This document shows positions 19,500 through 29,770 of a DNA stretch of 61,933 bases, piece after piece. This stretch comes from a virus (Duplodnaviria; Caudoviricetes). The position numbers and the translations under genes were made by a program. The stretch is taken from IMG/VR virus record IMGVR_UViG_3300007508_000433, positions 1 to 61,933 of that record, one strand, 5' to 3'. The notes beneath the pieces are model-generated. The model had not been told where the DNA came from, searched no databases, and worked only from the letters and a program-made list of their open reading frames with translations. How positions within the stretch are numbered: the first letter of the stretch is position 1; every line of letters starts with the position of its first letter.

Positions 19500-22400
19500 A
19501 TGGCGTTGGAAGACGGCGAGGGCATTGCAGAAAATAGAGTAACCTTTTATCGCATGGCTGGTCATAGTCATGATGGAGATAACTCGTCTAAGATTGATTT
19601 TAGTGCATACGATATCTATGACATTATTGATGGCGAACAACTGCAGGCTCTTATAGGCTCCGTTGTTCAGAACGGGGCCTTGCGTACCACTCATTTAACA
19701 GTGGGGGATGGCAGTTCTGCTATTGTGATTGATGGCTCTATTCCTGCCGCCGTGAGCAACCTCAATGTTTCTTCGTCGGTGTCTACTACATCTGATGGCA
19801 ATGTCTTTATGGACGTTTCGTGGACTATTGATTCAGATAGTGACTATAAGCATTTTTTGGTTGAGCTGTATAAGAGCGAATCGGGCGTTAATGGCACGTA
19901 TCTGATCATGCAGTCTGTGGAGACTACTGCTTTGTCTGCACGGTTTGAGTGGATTGATAATAATTCTGGCGATGGCGGCCAGTTGTATTATAAGGCTAAG
20001 GTCTATGTGATTAGCCCTATAGGTATTCGTGGCGTGTCTTCTTCTTCGTCTGGTGTTGTGCCTGCTGTGGATACGACTGCTCCTTCTAGTCCTACTTTTA
20101 ATGATGATTTTAGTAATTTTGATGAGGGCGTTAAGCCTGCGTTTAAGGGGATTTTTGTATATCTTGATGAGAATACTGAGTATGATGTTAAGGAGATGCG
20201 TGGTAGGTATGAATATCAAGTATCTATAAGCAATACTGCTGCTTCGTTTGATAGTGCTAGCAATTTGAAAGCGGCGGGCCTATCTAAGAGTAATTATTTC
20301 CTTGTGAACAATCTTGATGTGCGCTCTAGTGCTGGCGGGGCTAAGATTGATTATTATCTGCGCATCAGGGCGGTCGATAGTTCTGGCAACTATTCTTCGT
20401 GGGTCTATTATCAGGACACGGCCGATGGCGGGTCTGGTGGTGCTGGAACCACTACAGACTCGTCTGCGTCTGCTATTAATGTTCTTGAGATTGATGCCGG
20501 TGTTGATGTTCAGGCTAATACGATTACAGCTAATGAGATCTTTGCCGGCACTATAACAGCAACTGAGATTGCTTCTAATACTATTACTGCTGATGAGTTG
20601 TCTTCGTTGACCATCACTGTTGGTAAGCATATCCAGAGTAGTAATTATTCTTCTGGTGGTACACCGGCCGGGTGGAAGATTGATGGTAGTGGTAATGGGT
20701 ATATGAATAATATTGTAGCTAGGGGCACTATTCATGCAACAAGTGGTACTATTGGTGGGGAGACCACTGGCTGGACGATTGCCTCTAACGTTATTCAGCA
20801 TGGAGCAGGATCCGGTACTGTCATTTTTAGCACTAATGGTGCTGGTACTCCGTTTATTCGTTTGGGTTCTAAGACTTCGTTCACTAGTACCAGCAGCGGG
20901 TATTGGCTTGATACTGCTAATGGTATGGCTTTGGGTTCTAATGCTTGGCATGTTGATGTTAGTGGCAATATGTGGTGGGGGAACCACTCCTCTTATTCTG
21001 CTGCTAACTACAAGGTGGCGTCTTGGGGCGGTGCATATTTGCTGTATGCACGTATAGGTGGTGCCGTCTCTGGTAGCGATACTACGACTGGGAAGTCTTG
21101 GGAGATCAATGATGGAAATATTACTAATGTTTCTACTGTCAACAGTATCATATCTACAGACTATAATGCTGTTGGTCTGAATAGTGTATCGGGAATTATC
21201 AATACTGCTGGCCGTAAGGTGATTCTTCGTGGTTATAGCGGCGGCGACATCCGCGTCGGGATAGCTCAGACTACTGCCGACCAGCCTTCATACAATGTGG
21301 CTGATGATATTGCAATGTTTTGGGACGCCAGTGCCAGTAAAATGTATTTTTCTGTAGAGCAGGCTTTTCTTGTTGCTGATGGTGATGTAACTATCAATAA
21401 TAAGCCCACTATTGATGCTGGTTTGACGCTAACTGGCACGCCCACAAACACTGCCGGTAATTATATGTTGTCTAGGAATGCTGGCGGCGATCTGGTCTGG
21501 AATGGTTCTACTGTTGGTGGCACCACATACACATTCAACTCTCCTCTGTCGGAGTCAAGCGGTACAGTCAGTTTGGACGCTCTGATAGTTGCAGATTTTT
21601 CTGGCGCTGCGATTCAGACTGGCACTGAGTCGTTTGTAGATAGCGATACTGTGCTTATGACTGCAGCAGCGGTTCAGGATAAGATTCTTTCTTATGGTTA
21701 TGGAGATATAACCGGAGTGTGGGGGACTGGCTCTGGTCTGACTGGCGGCGGATCTAGTGGTTCTGTGAGTATAAGTCACGCAGATACTAGCACTCAGGCC
21801 AGTGTAAACAATTCTGGCCAAACATTCATACAGGATATTACTCTGGATAACTTTGGGCACATCACTGCAATGTCTAGCGCCACAGCCACAGGGGGCTCGT
21901 CTGATCACGGAGTATTGACGGGTCTTGGTGATGATGATCATACACAATATCTGCTAACGAGTGGCTCTAGAGCGATGTCTGGCTCGCTGCTGGGTGCTGC
22001 TGGAAGTCGGTCTGCGCCGGGGTATGCGTTCTCTGTAGATACTAATACTGGTATGTATCGTAGCGGCGCTGATGAGATATCGTTTAGCTTGGGCAATAGT
22101 TCGCGTGTGACTATGAATCAGAACTATACGAAGTTCTTTAAGCCAGTGTATGGCGTTAATGGCAGCGCGACAGCCCCGTCGTATTCGTTCACAGCCGACA
22201 CTGATACTGGCATGTATGGTGCTGTAAATACGCTGAGTTTTGCGACAGGTGGAATTCAGAGGGTCACTATAAGCAGCGCTGGCGGTGTCGGCATAGGATA
22301 CAGTTCGCCTAGTTATAGGTTGTCCGTCAATGGGACTCTTTATATAAACAGCACTGCGTATTTTGGTTATAATTCTTTCACGAACGGCGCTGTATTGCCA

Positions 22401-22853
22401 TGGTTCAGCAACTCTTCTGATTTGGGTTCATCAAGTTATTATTGGGATGATTTCTATCATTCGGGCAGCACTTTCACATCAGATATTAATCTTAAGGATA
22501 ATATCGAGGATGCAACGTATGGTCTTGATTTTGTTAATACTCTAAGGCCGGTTACATACACAAAAAGGGAGGGCGGCACTGGCCGCAACGGTCCCCGCAC
22601 GCACCACGGTTTTATTGCTCAGGAGATTGAGACTCTGCTTGGAGATGATGCTGACCATATAGCACTGTGGGCTGATGGTTATCATCCTGAGGTTTTACCT
22701 GAAGATGATCCCTCTGGTGAGGGGCAGGCTGAGGGGTATGTCTATGGCTTGCGTTACACTGAGTTTATTCCTATTTTGACTAAAGGAATTCAAGAATTGT
22801 CGGCTAAGCTTGATGCGGCTGAGGCTAGGATTGCTGAGTTGGAAGCGGTTTAA
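19500..22853 (+). CDS. Tail fibre/spike with FN3-like domains and C-terminal peptidase S74 intramolecular chaperone
   Basis: YYLRIRAVDSSGNYS; ITA.EI repeats; TSDINLKDNI..LRPVTY..HGFIAQEI..LRYTEFIPILTKGIQEL. Confidence 0.88.
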   Translation: MALEDGEGIAENRVTFYRMAGHSHDGDNSSKIDFSAYDIYDIIDGEQLQALIGSVVQNGALRTTHLTVGDGSSAIVIDGSIPAAVSNLNVSSSVSTTSDGNVFMDVSWTIDSDSDYKHFLVELYKSESGVNGTYLIMQSVETTALSARFEWIDNNSGDGGQLYYKAKVYVISPIGIRGVSSSSSGVVPAVDTTAPSSPTFNDDFSNFDEGVKPAFKGIFVYLDENTEYDVKEMRGRYEYQVSISNTAASFDSASNLKAAGLSKSNYFLVNNLDVRSSAGGAKIDYYLRIRAVDSSGNYSSWVYYQDTADGGSGGAGTTTDSSASAINVLEIDAGVDVQANTITANEIFAGTITATEIASNTITADELSSLTITVGKHIQSSNYSSGGTPAGWKIDGSGNGYMNNIVARGTIHATSGTIGGETTGWTIASNVIQHGAGSGTVIFSTNGAGTPFIRLGSKTSFTSTSSGYWLDTANGMALGSNAWHVDVSGNMWWGNHSSYSAANYKVASWGGAYLLYARIGGAVSGSDTTTGKSWEINDGNITNVSTVNSIISTDYNAVGLNSVSGIINTAGRKVILRGYSGGDIRVGIAQTTADQPSYNVADDIAMFWDASASKMYFSVEQAFLVADGDVTINNKPTIDAGLTLTGTPTNTAGNYMLSRNAGGDLVWNGSTVGGTTYTFNSPLSESSGTVSLDALIVADFSGAAIQTGTESFVDSDTVLMTAAAVQDKILSYGYGDITGVWGTGSGLTGGGSSGSVSISHADTSTQASVNNSGQTFIQDITLDNFGHITAMSSATATGGSSDHGVLTGLGDDDHTQYLLTSGSRAMSGSLLGAAGSRSAPGYAFSVDTNTGMYRSGADEISFSLGNSSRVTMNQNYTKFFKPVYGVNGSATAPSYSFTADTDTGMYGAVNTLSFATGGIQRVTISSAGGVGIGYSSPSYRLSVNGTLYINSTAYFGYNSFTNGAVLPWFSNSSDLGSSSYYWDDFYHSGSTFTSDINLKDNIEDATYGLDFVNTLRPVTYTKREGGTGRNGPRTHHGFIAQEIETLLGDDADHIALWADGYHPEVLPEDDPSGEGQAEGYVYGLRYTEFIPILTKGIQELSAKLDAAEARIAELEAV

Positions 22854-22876
22854 TGGTGGAATTTTAACCCCCAATA

Positions 22877-22889
22877 GGGTATAATGGAT
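22877..22889 (+). promoter_or_regulatory. -10 element GGGTATAATGGAT (likely leaderless mRNA)
   Basis: TATAAT ends 8 nt before ATG 22894; no SD; same 13-mer at 40218. Confidence 0.55.
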
Positions 22890-22893
22890 ACAC

Positions 22894-23517
22894 ATGGCTG
22901 ATTATCAAAACTACGATGCAATTAGTTGGTCTCTGGGAACACCGATCACTCACGGTCGGCTGCAACAGATGTCTACCAACATTTCAGAGGTGAAGACTGC
23001 TTCCGGCAAGCACGCCAAGGGCGTGATTGTCTTGAATCAGTTTACGTCACAAATCTCTACTACAACGAATACCGTGCTTCACACTGGTTTAGCTGGAAGC
23101 ACCTACACTATTTCTACTCTGAATAGTGCGTCTGGTAGCGGCAGTACCGATCAGCGCATTACGCTTGAGGCGGCTCGGTACTATAAGGTGGCGTTGTCGT
23201 TGCCTAACATCTATCTTGGCGGCGGACATGCGGGCAGTCATTTTGTCTTAAGTCTGGTGAAGACTGTTTCTTCTGTTGACACCACTCTTGGAACTTTTAA
23301 TATAATGAGAACGAATGCACCCGGTGCGGCATATTTTGGTGGCGGGGTGTATCAGGTGATGATTGACACTGGTGCTGGCAGCACCACTCCGCATGAGATT
23401 AAGGCCACCTTGTCGCAAACGAACAGGGCTGGAACCGATTCAGATACTTATTCTGTGTCTATTTCTACCACTGCGCCGCTGCAACTTTGGGTTGAGGATG
23501 CCGGAGCCTCGGCGTAA
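22894..23517 (+). CDS. Minor tail protein (putative)
   Basis: T/S-rich; W..G.PIT..RL.QM..N N-terminus; ends LWVEDAG. Confidence 0.55.
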   Translation: MADYQNYDAISWSLGTPITHGRLQQMSTNISEVKTASGKHAKGVIVLNQFTSQISTTTNTVLHTGLAGSTYTISTLNSASGSGSTDQRITLEAARYYKVALSLPNIYLGGGHAGSHFVLSLVKTVSSVDTTLGTFNIMRTNAPGAAYFGGGVYQVMIDTGAGSTTPHEIKATLSQTNRAGTDSDTYSVSISTTAPLQLWVEDAGASA

Positions 23518-23947
23518 AACTTTAGCCTCTCGTCGTAAGGACCTTAAGTGGGGAAACGACGCTCGTAGGGGAAAGGGTAATAGCAACTGGTCTGGCGGTA
23601 AATACGTGGATGACAAGGGGTATATCAGAGTTAGAGTCACAGAGCACCCGTATCAGGTCCATGGCTATGTTTACGAACACAGGCTGGTGATCGAAAGGCT
23701 GTTCGGTAGATACCTTGAGACTTGGGAGTCTGTCCATCATATTAATGAAATTAAAGAGGATAACAGGCCTTCTAACTTGTATCTGTGCACAGTCCCTGAA
23801 CACAGCGCCATCCACAGAGAGGGCTCTACTCACACTATGGCTTATAAGGACCACATGCGTAAAAAGATGAAAGAGCGTAAGTCTAGGCCCGTTAAGCGAG
23901 ATTTTAAAAATTCAAGAAAAAACGGTGCGGGGTCCGCTCAGGACTGA
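23498..23947 (+). CDS. HNH homing endonuclease
   Basis: NWSGG..GY; YEHRLV..VHHINEIKEDNRPSNL. Confidence 0.85.
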   Translation: MPEPRRKTLASRRKDLKWGNDARRGKGNSNWSGGKYVDDKGYIRVRVTEHPYQVHGYVYEHRLVIERLFGRYLETWESVHHINEIKEDNRPSNLYLCTVPEHSAIHREGSTHTMAYKDHMRKKMKERKSRPVKRDFKNSRKNGAGSAQD

Positions 23948-23978
23948 TATGATGTATGGAACCAACATTGGAGATGAC

Positions 23979-25160
23979 ATGAATGACGGCGTAAAAGAGT
24001 GCGAAGGGGACGGGTGTGGCGTCTGCTTCACTCCGAATTCGCATAACCAGAAGTATGCAGATCCGCGATGCAGAAAAGAGCAGGAGTACAATATTGTTTG
24101 CTCGTATAGACGGGAGCAGAACGATTTTGGCGTTCCGGCAGACCCTATGGATGATTTAGATATAACTAATGAGGTGGAGTTGAAGCTGGCTTATACTAAG
24201 CTGGTTAAGGAATACGGAAAGCTCAAGACAAAGAAGGATGATCTGTCTGCGTCTGTGTATCGTGCAGTTGCAGACAATGCTGAGAATTATGTTGTTCCAC
24301 CCACAGCGCCACCTAAGTCTGATAGGCGCTCTAAGGGTGAAGAGGTTGCTGTGGCTGTGCTGGCTGATTGGCAACTTGCGAAGGTTACGCAGGATTACGA
24401 TTCCGCAGCCTGCGAGTCTCGCATCGAGAGGTATGCCGACAAGGTTATTTCTCTTACAGATGTTCAGCGTGCAGATCATCCGGTTAAGGATATCCATGTG
24501 TGGATGTTGGGTGACATTGTTGAGGGGGAGCTGATATTCCCCGGCCAGTCGTTCTTGATTGATGGCGGTCTGTATCGTCAGATAACTGTTGATGGTCCAA
24601 GGATAATGACTAGGTTTTTCAAGAAGATGCTTGAAAACTTCCGGCATGTATATGTGACTGGTGTCATTGGCAATCATGGTGCTATTGGCGGCAGGCAGAG
24701 GCGTGATCACGATCCTGAGACTAATGCTGATCGTATGCTGTATCGCATTATGGATCTCATTTTTGCGGATGAGGATAGGATTACTTTTGATATTCCTGAT
24801 GGCAGGGGTGAGGGTAGCTGGTATGCCATTGATGAGATAGGCAACTATAGCTCACTGCTGTGTCACGGAGATCAGTTCAATTCTTTGTCATCGTTTTACC
24901 AGTTTCAGAAGAAAATATATGGCTGGCGTATAGGTGCTATTCAGCAGCACTTTGACGATATTTATATTGGGCATTTTCATACGCCCACTAAGATGACGTT
25001 TAACACGATTCAATGCAGGATTTCCGGTAGTCCTGAGAGCAGCAACGATTATGCTGCCGAGAAGTTGGCTGCGGTTGGGAGACCGTCACAGCCGCTGATG
25101 TTTGTTCATCCAGAGAGAGGTATTGTTACCTCTGAATACTGTGTCTGGTTGGACGATTAA
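23979..25160 (+). CDS. Calcineurin-like metallophosphoesterase/nuclease with N-terminal Zn finger
   Basis: ADWQ, LGDIVEG, GNHG, HGD and GHFH motifs. Confidence 0.8.
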   Translation: MNDGVKECEGDGCGVCFTPNSHNQKYADPRCRKEQEYNIVCSYRREQNDFGVPADPMDDLDITNEVELKLAYTKLVKEYGKLKTKKDDLSASVYRAVADNAENYVVPPTAPPKSDRRSKGEEVAVAVLADWQLAKVTQDYDSAACESRIERYADKVISLTDVQRADHPVKDIHVWMLGDIVEGELIFPGQSFLIDGGLYRQITVDGPRIMTRFFKKMLENFRHVYVTGVIGNHGAIGGRQRRDHDPETNADRMLYRIMDLIFADEDRITFDIPDGRGEGSWYAIDEIGNYSSLLCHGDQFNSLSSFYQFQKKIYGWRIGAIQQHFDDIYIGHFHTPTKMTFNTIQCRISGSPESSNDYAAEKLAAVGRPSQPLMFVHPERGIVTSEYCVWLDD

Positions 25161-25221
25161 AGAACTATGAGGCCGCTCTGTCTGTATAGACTGGCGGGGT
25201 CTATAGTAAATAGGAGGAAAT

Positions 25222-25416
25222 ATGAATTTATATAGAGATATTATCGAAAGGGCGATCTGGACGGCAGTTCAGGCTTTCTTGGCTGTATTTACAGTTACGG
25301 ACCTGTCTTCGTCTAAGGCCGCTGCTGTTGCTGGAGCCGGTGCTTTGATCTCCGCACTTAAGAGTGTGGCTGCTTCAAAGGTCGGAGATCCAAGCAACGG
25401 TTCCATTCTTAAGTGA
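25222..25416 (+). CDS. Holin (r1t-like)
   Basis: ERAIWTAVQAFLAV..AA..A..SALKS pattern; hydrophobic; GGAGG RBS. Confidence 0.8.
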   Translation: MNLYRDIIERAIWTAVQAFLAVFTVTDLSSSKAAAVAGAGALISALKSVAASKVGDPSNGSILK

Positions 25417-25610
25417 GCTATGACAGGAAAATTGGGGTGTGTGTTAAATGTCCTCAATGTTCTGGTAAAGTTATGGAAGGAGCAACGTTTAAGAGTACCA
25501 TTGAGCTGTCTTGTTTGACTTGCGGTTGGCGTGTTGAACCTGATATAGCACTTTGGGAGGGGGAGAAGGATAGACTCTATAAGCGTTTACTAAGTGAACG
25601 AGTTAGATAG
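25413..25610 (+). CDS. Zn-ribbon protein
   Basis: CPQC..CLTCG. Confidence 0.6.
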   Translation: MSYDRKIGVCVKCPQCSGKVMEGATFKSTIELSCLTCGWRVEPDIALWEGEKDRLYKRLLSERVR

Positions 25611-26040
25611 TTTAGCTAATAGGATTGATGCTCAAGTAAAAGGGTTGTATCTTGATGATGGTGTTGTTGTGAAAGCAATTAAATACATTCGTAAAGAGAA
25701 CAAGGTCATTTTCAGGCGGATGGACACAGGCGAGGAGTATTTTGACGAATATAAAGGGTCAGCTTTATTCCGTAAGCGTGTGTTTACTATTAGCGAGGTT
25801 GCTAGGATGGTCGGCAGGGCAGTAGGCACTATACGGGACTATGAACGTTCCGGCCTACTCCCTGCCGCCAGCCGTTTTCCGCATAAGAGCACTCAGTGCC
25901 GCTACTACACTCTTGGTGATGTGCGGGAGGTTGAGTCATTTTTTAATTCCCGCAGGGTTGGAAGGCCGTCGAAGAAGCCGCTATACTCCAGAAGGGAACT
26001 GAGAGAAAAAATTCGCAATGCGAAGAAAGGGATATCATGA
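25594..26040 (+). CDS. MerR-like HTH DNA-binding protein
   Basis: FTISEVARMVGRAVGTIRDYERSGLLP..RYYT..DV. Confidence 0.8.
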   Translation: MNELDSLANRIDAQVKGLYLDDGVVVKAIKYIRKENKVIFRRMDTGEEYFDEYKGSALFRKRVFTISEVARMVGRAVGTIRDYERSGLLPAASRFPHKSTQCRYYTLGDVREVESFFNSRRVGRPSKKPLYSRRELREKIRNAKKGIS

Positions 26041-26237
26041 AGATTGACGATGGTAATCATGTTTGGGTGTCTATTGGTGTAACTAAGAATCTGGGCAACT
26101 ATGAGTCGATGCGTTTGGATGCTGGCGCTAAGTTGTCAGGCGATCCTAGCGACGATAAGCTGTGGGACAGGTTGTGGGACACTGTAGATAGTCAGATTGA
26201 AGCCAAGTTGGCTGAGATTGATAAGGGAAGTGGATAG
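26037..26237 (+). CDS. Conserved actinophage hypothetical protein
   Basis: V.IG.TKNLGNYES.R.D motif. Confidence 0.65.
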   Translation: MKIDDGNHVWVSIGVTKNLGNYESMRLDAGAKLSGDPSDDKLWDRLWDTVDSQIEAKLAEIDKGSG

Positions 26238-26526
26238 CCATGATTGGTCGCAAGGTGCGTTGTGCTTTAGCGATGAGCGTGGGCACTATTGGACTAGTTA
26301 TGATTACGATGAGACGAAATATGCGAAGACTATTTGCAATGATTGTAAGGTGAAGTTGCCATGTTTAATTGCTGCTACGAGCGATCCCTTTTTTGTCGGC
26401 GTGAGTGCAGGTCTGTCAAAGTACGATATGCTTATGGCTTCATGGAGGAGGATTGAGGATGTCTCAGAGTCAAACTGGAGCGGACCTGATTCTATTATTG
26501 AAAAAGCTCTCCAGCGAGGAGAGTAA
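26230..26526 (+). CDS. whiB: Divergent WhiB-like transcription factor
   Basis: W...ALC..AKTICNDCKVKLPCL..GVSAG (four Cys, altered GVWGG turn). Confidence 0.7.
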   Translation: MDSHDWSQGALCFSDERGHYWTSYDYDETKYAKTICNDCKVKLPCLIAATSDPFFVGVSAGLSKYDMLMASWRRIEDVSESNWSGPDSIIEKALQRGE

Positions 26527-26773
26527 ATTCTTTCTTCCTGATATTGGAAGAGAGGAGGCTGTAGCAAATAGCCTTATTGATGCCTACGGGTATGAGGATG
26601 TTGCTACTACTGCTGAGGCGTATGTTAAGAAGGCGTCTAGTCCTATCATGGTTTTTAGCTTTGCTATGGATGCTCCTTCTATTATTGGTAAGGCTGTGGC
26701 TGAACGTAAGTCTAGGGAAAGGTTCTTGGAGATCGTGGAGCAAACACGCGAGAGAATGGACAAGCGCAAGTGA
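26459..26773 (+). CDS. Hypothetical protein upstream of helicase
   Basis: ORF coupled to the helicase gene. Confidence 0.6.
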   Translation: MSQSQTGADLILLLKKLSSEESKFFLPDIGREEAVANSLIDAYGYEDVATTAEAYVKKASSPIMVFSFAMDAPSIIGKAVAERKSRERFLEIVEQTRERMDKRK

Positions 26774-27987
26774 ATTATGAGGTTAAACTGCTTAACGCCG
26801 TACTTGAATCGGGCGACTATATTGAGTGTCAGAACGAGGGGGTTGGTAATGTCTTCATCAACTATCAGGATGTCTGGACATTTATAACGAGTCATTATGA
26901 GCAGCATAAGAAGATTCCCGCCAAGCAGGAAGTAAAGTCTCACTTTCCTGACTTTGAGTATCTTACTACTACTGAGCCTTTGAGGTATTATATCGATAAT
27001 GCCCGTCAGGAGTCGATGTCTGCAAACACTCGTTCTCTTATAGCTAGCACGCATGAGTTGTTGAAGACTGGTGGCCCTAAGACTGCTCTTAACTATTTGT
27101 TGTCTAATGCTAACAAATTGGTTAAAGAGGCGACTAGTCTTAAGGATACTGACCTTGTTGGTGAGTGGAGGGACAGGGCTAAGGACCTTGCTGATCGTGT
27201 GAAGTATGGGGATAAGGAGACTCTTGGTATCCCTACCAATATTAGCGTTATCGACTCTGAGTTTGGTGGGTGGATGCCGGGTGACTTTGTTGTATTGTTA
27301 GGCTGGACTGGCGTGGGGAAGAGCTTCATAACTAGGTTGTTTGCTGTTAATGCTTGGCTTGCTGGCTATAGACCTATGATTATCTCTTTGGAGATGAACA
27401 AGCAACAAGAGGCTCAACGTATTGATACAATATTGAACAATGGTAGAGGTTTTTTTACACACTCTGACCTTGTGCGCCCTAACGATGAGGTTGTTGACTC
27501 ATATAAGAAGTGGGCTGAGGATACGTTTGAAGATATGCATCCGTTTTATCTGATTACGTCGGAGGGTTTGGACGTATGCGATCAGAACTTGGTTCAGGCT
27601 AAGATAGATCAGTATAACCCGGATTTGGTTATTCTTGATTATCATGGATTGTTCGATGACGCAAGTGGGGCCAAGTCTGAAACTGAGAAGGCTAAGAATC
27701 TTTCTAAGGCTTTTAAGCGTATGGCTGTGAAGAACAATGTTGCCATCATTGATGTCGCTGCTGTAACAATGCAGGATGGACATTCTGAACGCCCTCCAGA
27801 GTTGGAGGAGGTGGCATGGAGCAAGCAGTTGGCTTATGATGCCGATCTGGTCCTATCTCTTCATAGAGAGGTTGATTCAAACATTTTTCAGGTGGTTAGC
27901 AGGAAGGTCCGCAGGTGCGCCCAGTTTGGGTTCTATCTAAATTGGGATTTGGATACTGGTGAGTGGCGGGAGGAATGGGGTGTCTGA
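26770..27987 (+). CDS. dnaB: DnaB-like replicative helicase
   Basis: GWTGVGKS Walker A; SLEM; ILDY; YDADLVL. Confidence 0.92.
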   Translation: MNYEVKLLNAVLESGDYIECQNEGVGNVFINYQDVWTFITSHYEQHKKIPAKQEVKSHFPDFEYLTTTEPLRYYIDNARQESMSANTRSLIASTHELLKTGGPKTALNYLLSNANKLVKEATSLKDTDLVGEWRDRAKDLADRVKYGDKETLGIPTNISVIDSEFGGWMPGDFVVLLGWTGVGKSFITRLFAVNAWLAGYRPMIISLEMNKQQEAQRIDTILNNGRGFFTHSDLVRPNDEVVDSYKKWAEDTFEDMHPFYLITSEGLDVCDQNLVQAKIDQYNPDLVILDYHGLFDDASGAKSETEKAKNLSKAFKRMAVKNNVAIIDVAAVTMQDGHSERPPELEEVAWSKQLAYDADLVLSLHREVDSNIFQVVSRKVRRCAQFGFYLNWDLDTGEWREEWGV

Positions 27988-28174
27988 TGTGATTAGAGAG
28001 TACGACGGTAGAGCCAAGGATGTTGAGACGATACTCAGGTTAAAGACTTGGGTGTCTGACTATATTATTGAGGAGCTTAGTCAAGAGGGCTTGACAGTTT
28101 CTGATTGCAAGTTTGAATGGTACTACGATCCCGAAAGCGAGATGTTTGATTACCGTGTCTTCGCAATCGCTTGA
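27980..28174 (+). CDS. Hypothetical protein
   Basis: Coupled ORF between helicase and primase. Confidence 0.55.
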   Translation: MSDVIREYDGRAKDVETILRLKTWVSDYIIEELSQEGLTVSDCKFEWYYDPESEMFDYRVFAIA

Positions 28175-29072
28175 GGCTTCTATACGTGATATACTACATA
28201 GAGGCGCTGTTTCGATAGTTAATGAGGTTGGTGATGAGCTTGTAACTTATTGCCCGTTTCATAGCAATATGAATACTCCGTCATTTTCTATCAATAGGCA
28301 CACTGGGTTGTGGCAATGTTTTAACCCTGATTGCGAGAAGCGGGGAGGCGTAAGGCTCCTCCAGAAACTGCTCCTGAATGAAGATTCACGTATTGATACT
28401 TCATCAATGAGTGAAGACTATCTTGATAAGCTGTTGAAGGGGTTAGATGAGAATGACGATGTAGATGATTTGGAGCGCCTACTTCAACAATGCTCGATAG
28501 ATTACACATCTGACGATGTGGAGTTTCTTAGCCCAATGGTTGATCGAGGCTTTGAACTAGATACTCTGAAAGATTTTGAGGTAGGGTTTTCCAGAGTGAA
28601 GAGGAGAGTTGTTATTCCAGTCAGGGATCAGTTCTTTAACCTGATTGGCCTCATTGGCAGGGGGACTCTCTCTGAACAGCTTCCAAAGTATCTTTATAGC
28701 TCAGGTTTTCCGAGGCGTAAGACCCTGTTTAACCTGAACAAAGCTAAGACACATGAGGAGGTTATCATTGTAGAGGGGAGTCTGGATGCGATGAAAGTCC
28801 ATCAGGCAGGCTTCCCGAATGTCGTGGCTACACTTGGTGCTGTCATCACAGAGGAACAGATACAACTGCTCAATAAGCATTTTGATCAAATTGTGATAAT
28901 TCCTGACGTTGATGCCGCCGGTTTCGCCATGAGGGATGCTATAATAGCATCTACCCGCCGAAAGGAGGTTTTCGTGGCCGAATGCCCCGATGGACTCAAG
29001 GATGCGGGGGATATGAATACTTATCAAATAATCAAGATGATTGCCGATAAGAAAACAACTTTATTTAACTAG
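28155..29072 (+). CDS. dnaG: DNA primase (CHC2 Zn finger + TOPRIM)
   Basis: CPFH..TPSF..CF..C; KYLYS; VEG..D; DVDAAG; KDAGD. Confidence 0.92.
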   Translation: MSSQSLEASIRDILHRGAVSIVNEVGDELVTYCPFHSNMNTPSFSINRHTGLWQCFNPDCEKRGGVRLLQKLLLNEDSRIDTSSMSEDYLDKLLKGLDENDDVDDLERLLQQCSIDYTSDDVEFLSPMVDRGFELDTLKDFEVGFSRVKRRVVIPVRDQFFNLIGLIGRGTLSEQLPKYLYSSGFPRRKTLFNLNKAKTHEEVIIVEGSLDAMKVHQAGFPNVVATLGAVITEEQIQLLNKHFDQIVIIPDVDAAGFAMRDAIIASTRRKEVFVAECPDGLKDAGDMNTYQIIKMIADKKTTLFN

Positions 29073-29081
29073 GAGAAAAAT

Positions 29082-29735
29082 ATGAAAAGCTTTAGCACAC
29101 TTGCAGATATGAAGAAAACAGTAGGAGATGAAGCCGCCAAGTCCTCTGGAGGGGGCGGTAAGAGGTTCCTCTTTTTGAGGGACGGAGACAGCTTTAAGAT
29201 CAGGTTCCGTCAGGAGCTTGCTGAGGATGGCGCTAATTTTGACGATGAACGCGGTACGGCGCTGGTTGTGCCAGTTGTTACATCGCCAATCAATTGGAAG
29301 TATAAGGCCATGTGTACCGCTGGCTTGGAGGAGACCAACTATAAGTGTTGGGCTCAAGAGCAGTCAATTGTGGATCCTAAGTGGAATCCACGACAGAATA
29401 TGCTCATCAATGTTGCGGTTGAGATTGAGCCGGGAAAGTGGGAGCCTCGTATTATTGAGACTACTCTCACCAATCCCCGCCATGTTGGTCAGACAATCAT
29501 TGAGTATGCTCAGACATACGGCACTATTACTGACCGGTATTACAAGTATAGCCGTACTGGTAGTGGCCCGCAGGACACGGCATATAATTTGATCCCTCTT
29601 GAGAGTGGTGATGAGACTGATGAGGTGGCCGCTATGCCCCTTCATGAGTTGGACAGGGTTTACAAGGTGATTCCCTACGATCAGCAGGAGTCGTTTTATT
29701 CGACTGGCGAGACTGCTGGAAGCGGTGCTTGGTAG
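29082..29735 (+). CDS. Single-stranded DNA-binding protein (putative)
   Basis: FL.L.DG.S.KIRF; RTGSG..TAYNLIP; ends in Trp; follows primase. Confidence 0.65.
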   Translation: MKSFSTLADMKKTVGDEAAKSSGGGGKRFLFLRDGDSFKIRFRQELAEDGANFDDERGTALVVPVVTSPINWKYKAMCTAGLEETNYKCWAQEQSIVDPKWNPRQNMLINVAVEIEPGKWEPRIIETTLTNPRHVGQTIIEYAQTYGTITDRYYKYSRTGSGPQDTAYNLIPLESGDETDEVAAMPLHELDRVYKVIPYDQQESFYSTGETAGSGAW

Positions 29736-29750
29736 AAGGTAGTGGACACG

Positions 29751-29770
29751 GGGGGGGCTTCGGCCCTCCC
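29751..29770 (+). terminator. GC-rich hairpin with cUUCGg tetraloop after the SSB gene
   Basis: GGGGGGGC-TTCG-GCCCTCCC; weak U tail. Confidence 0.55.
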
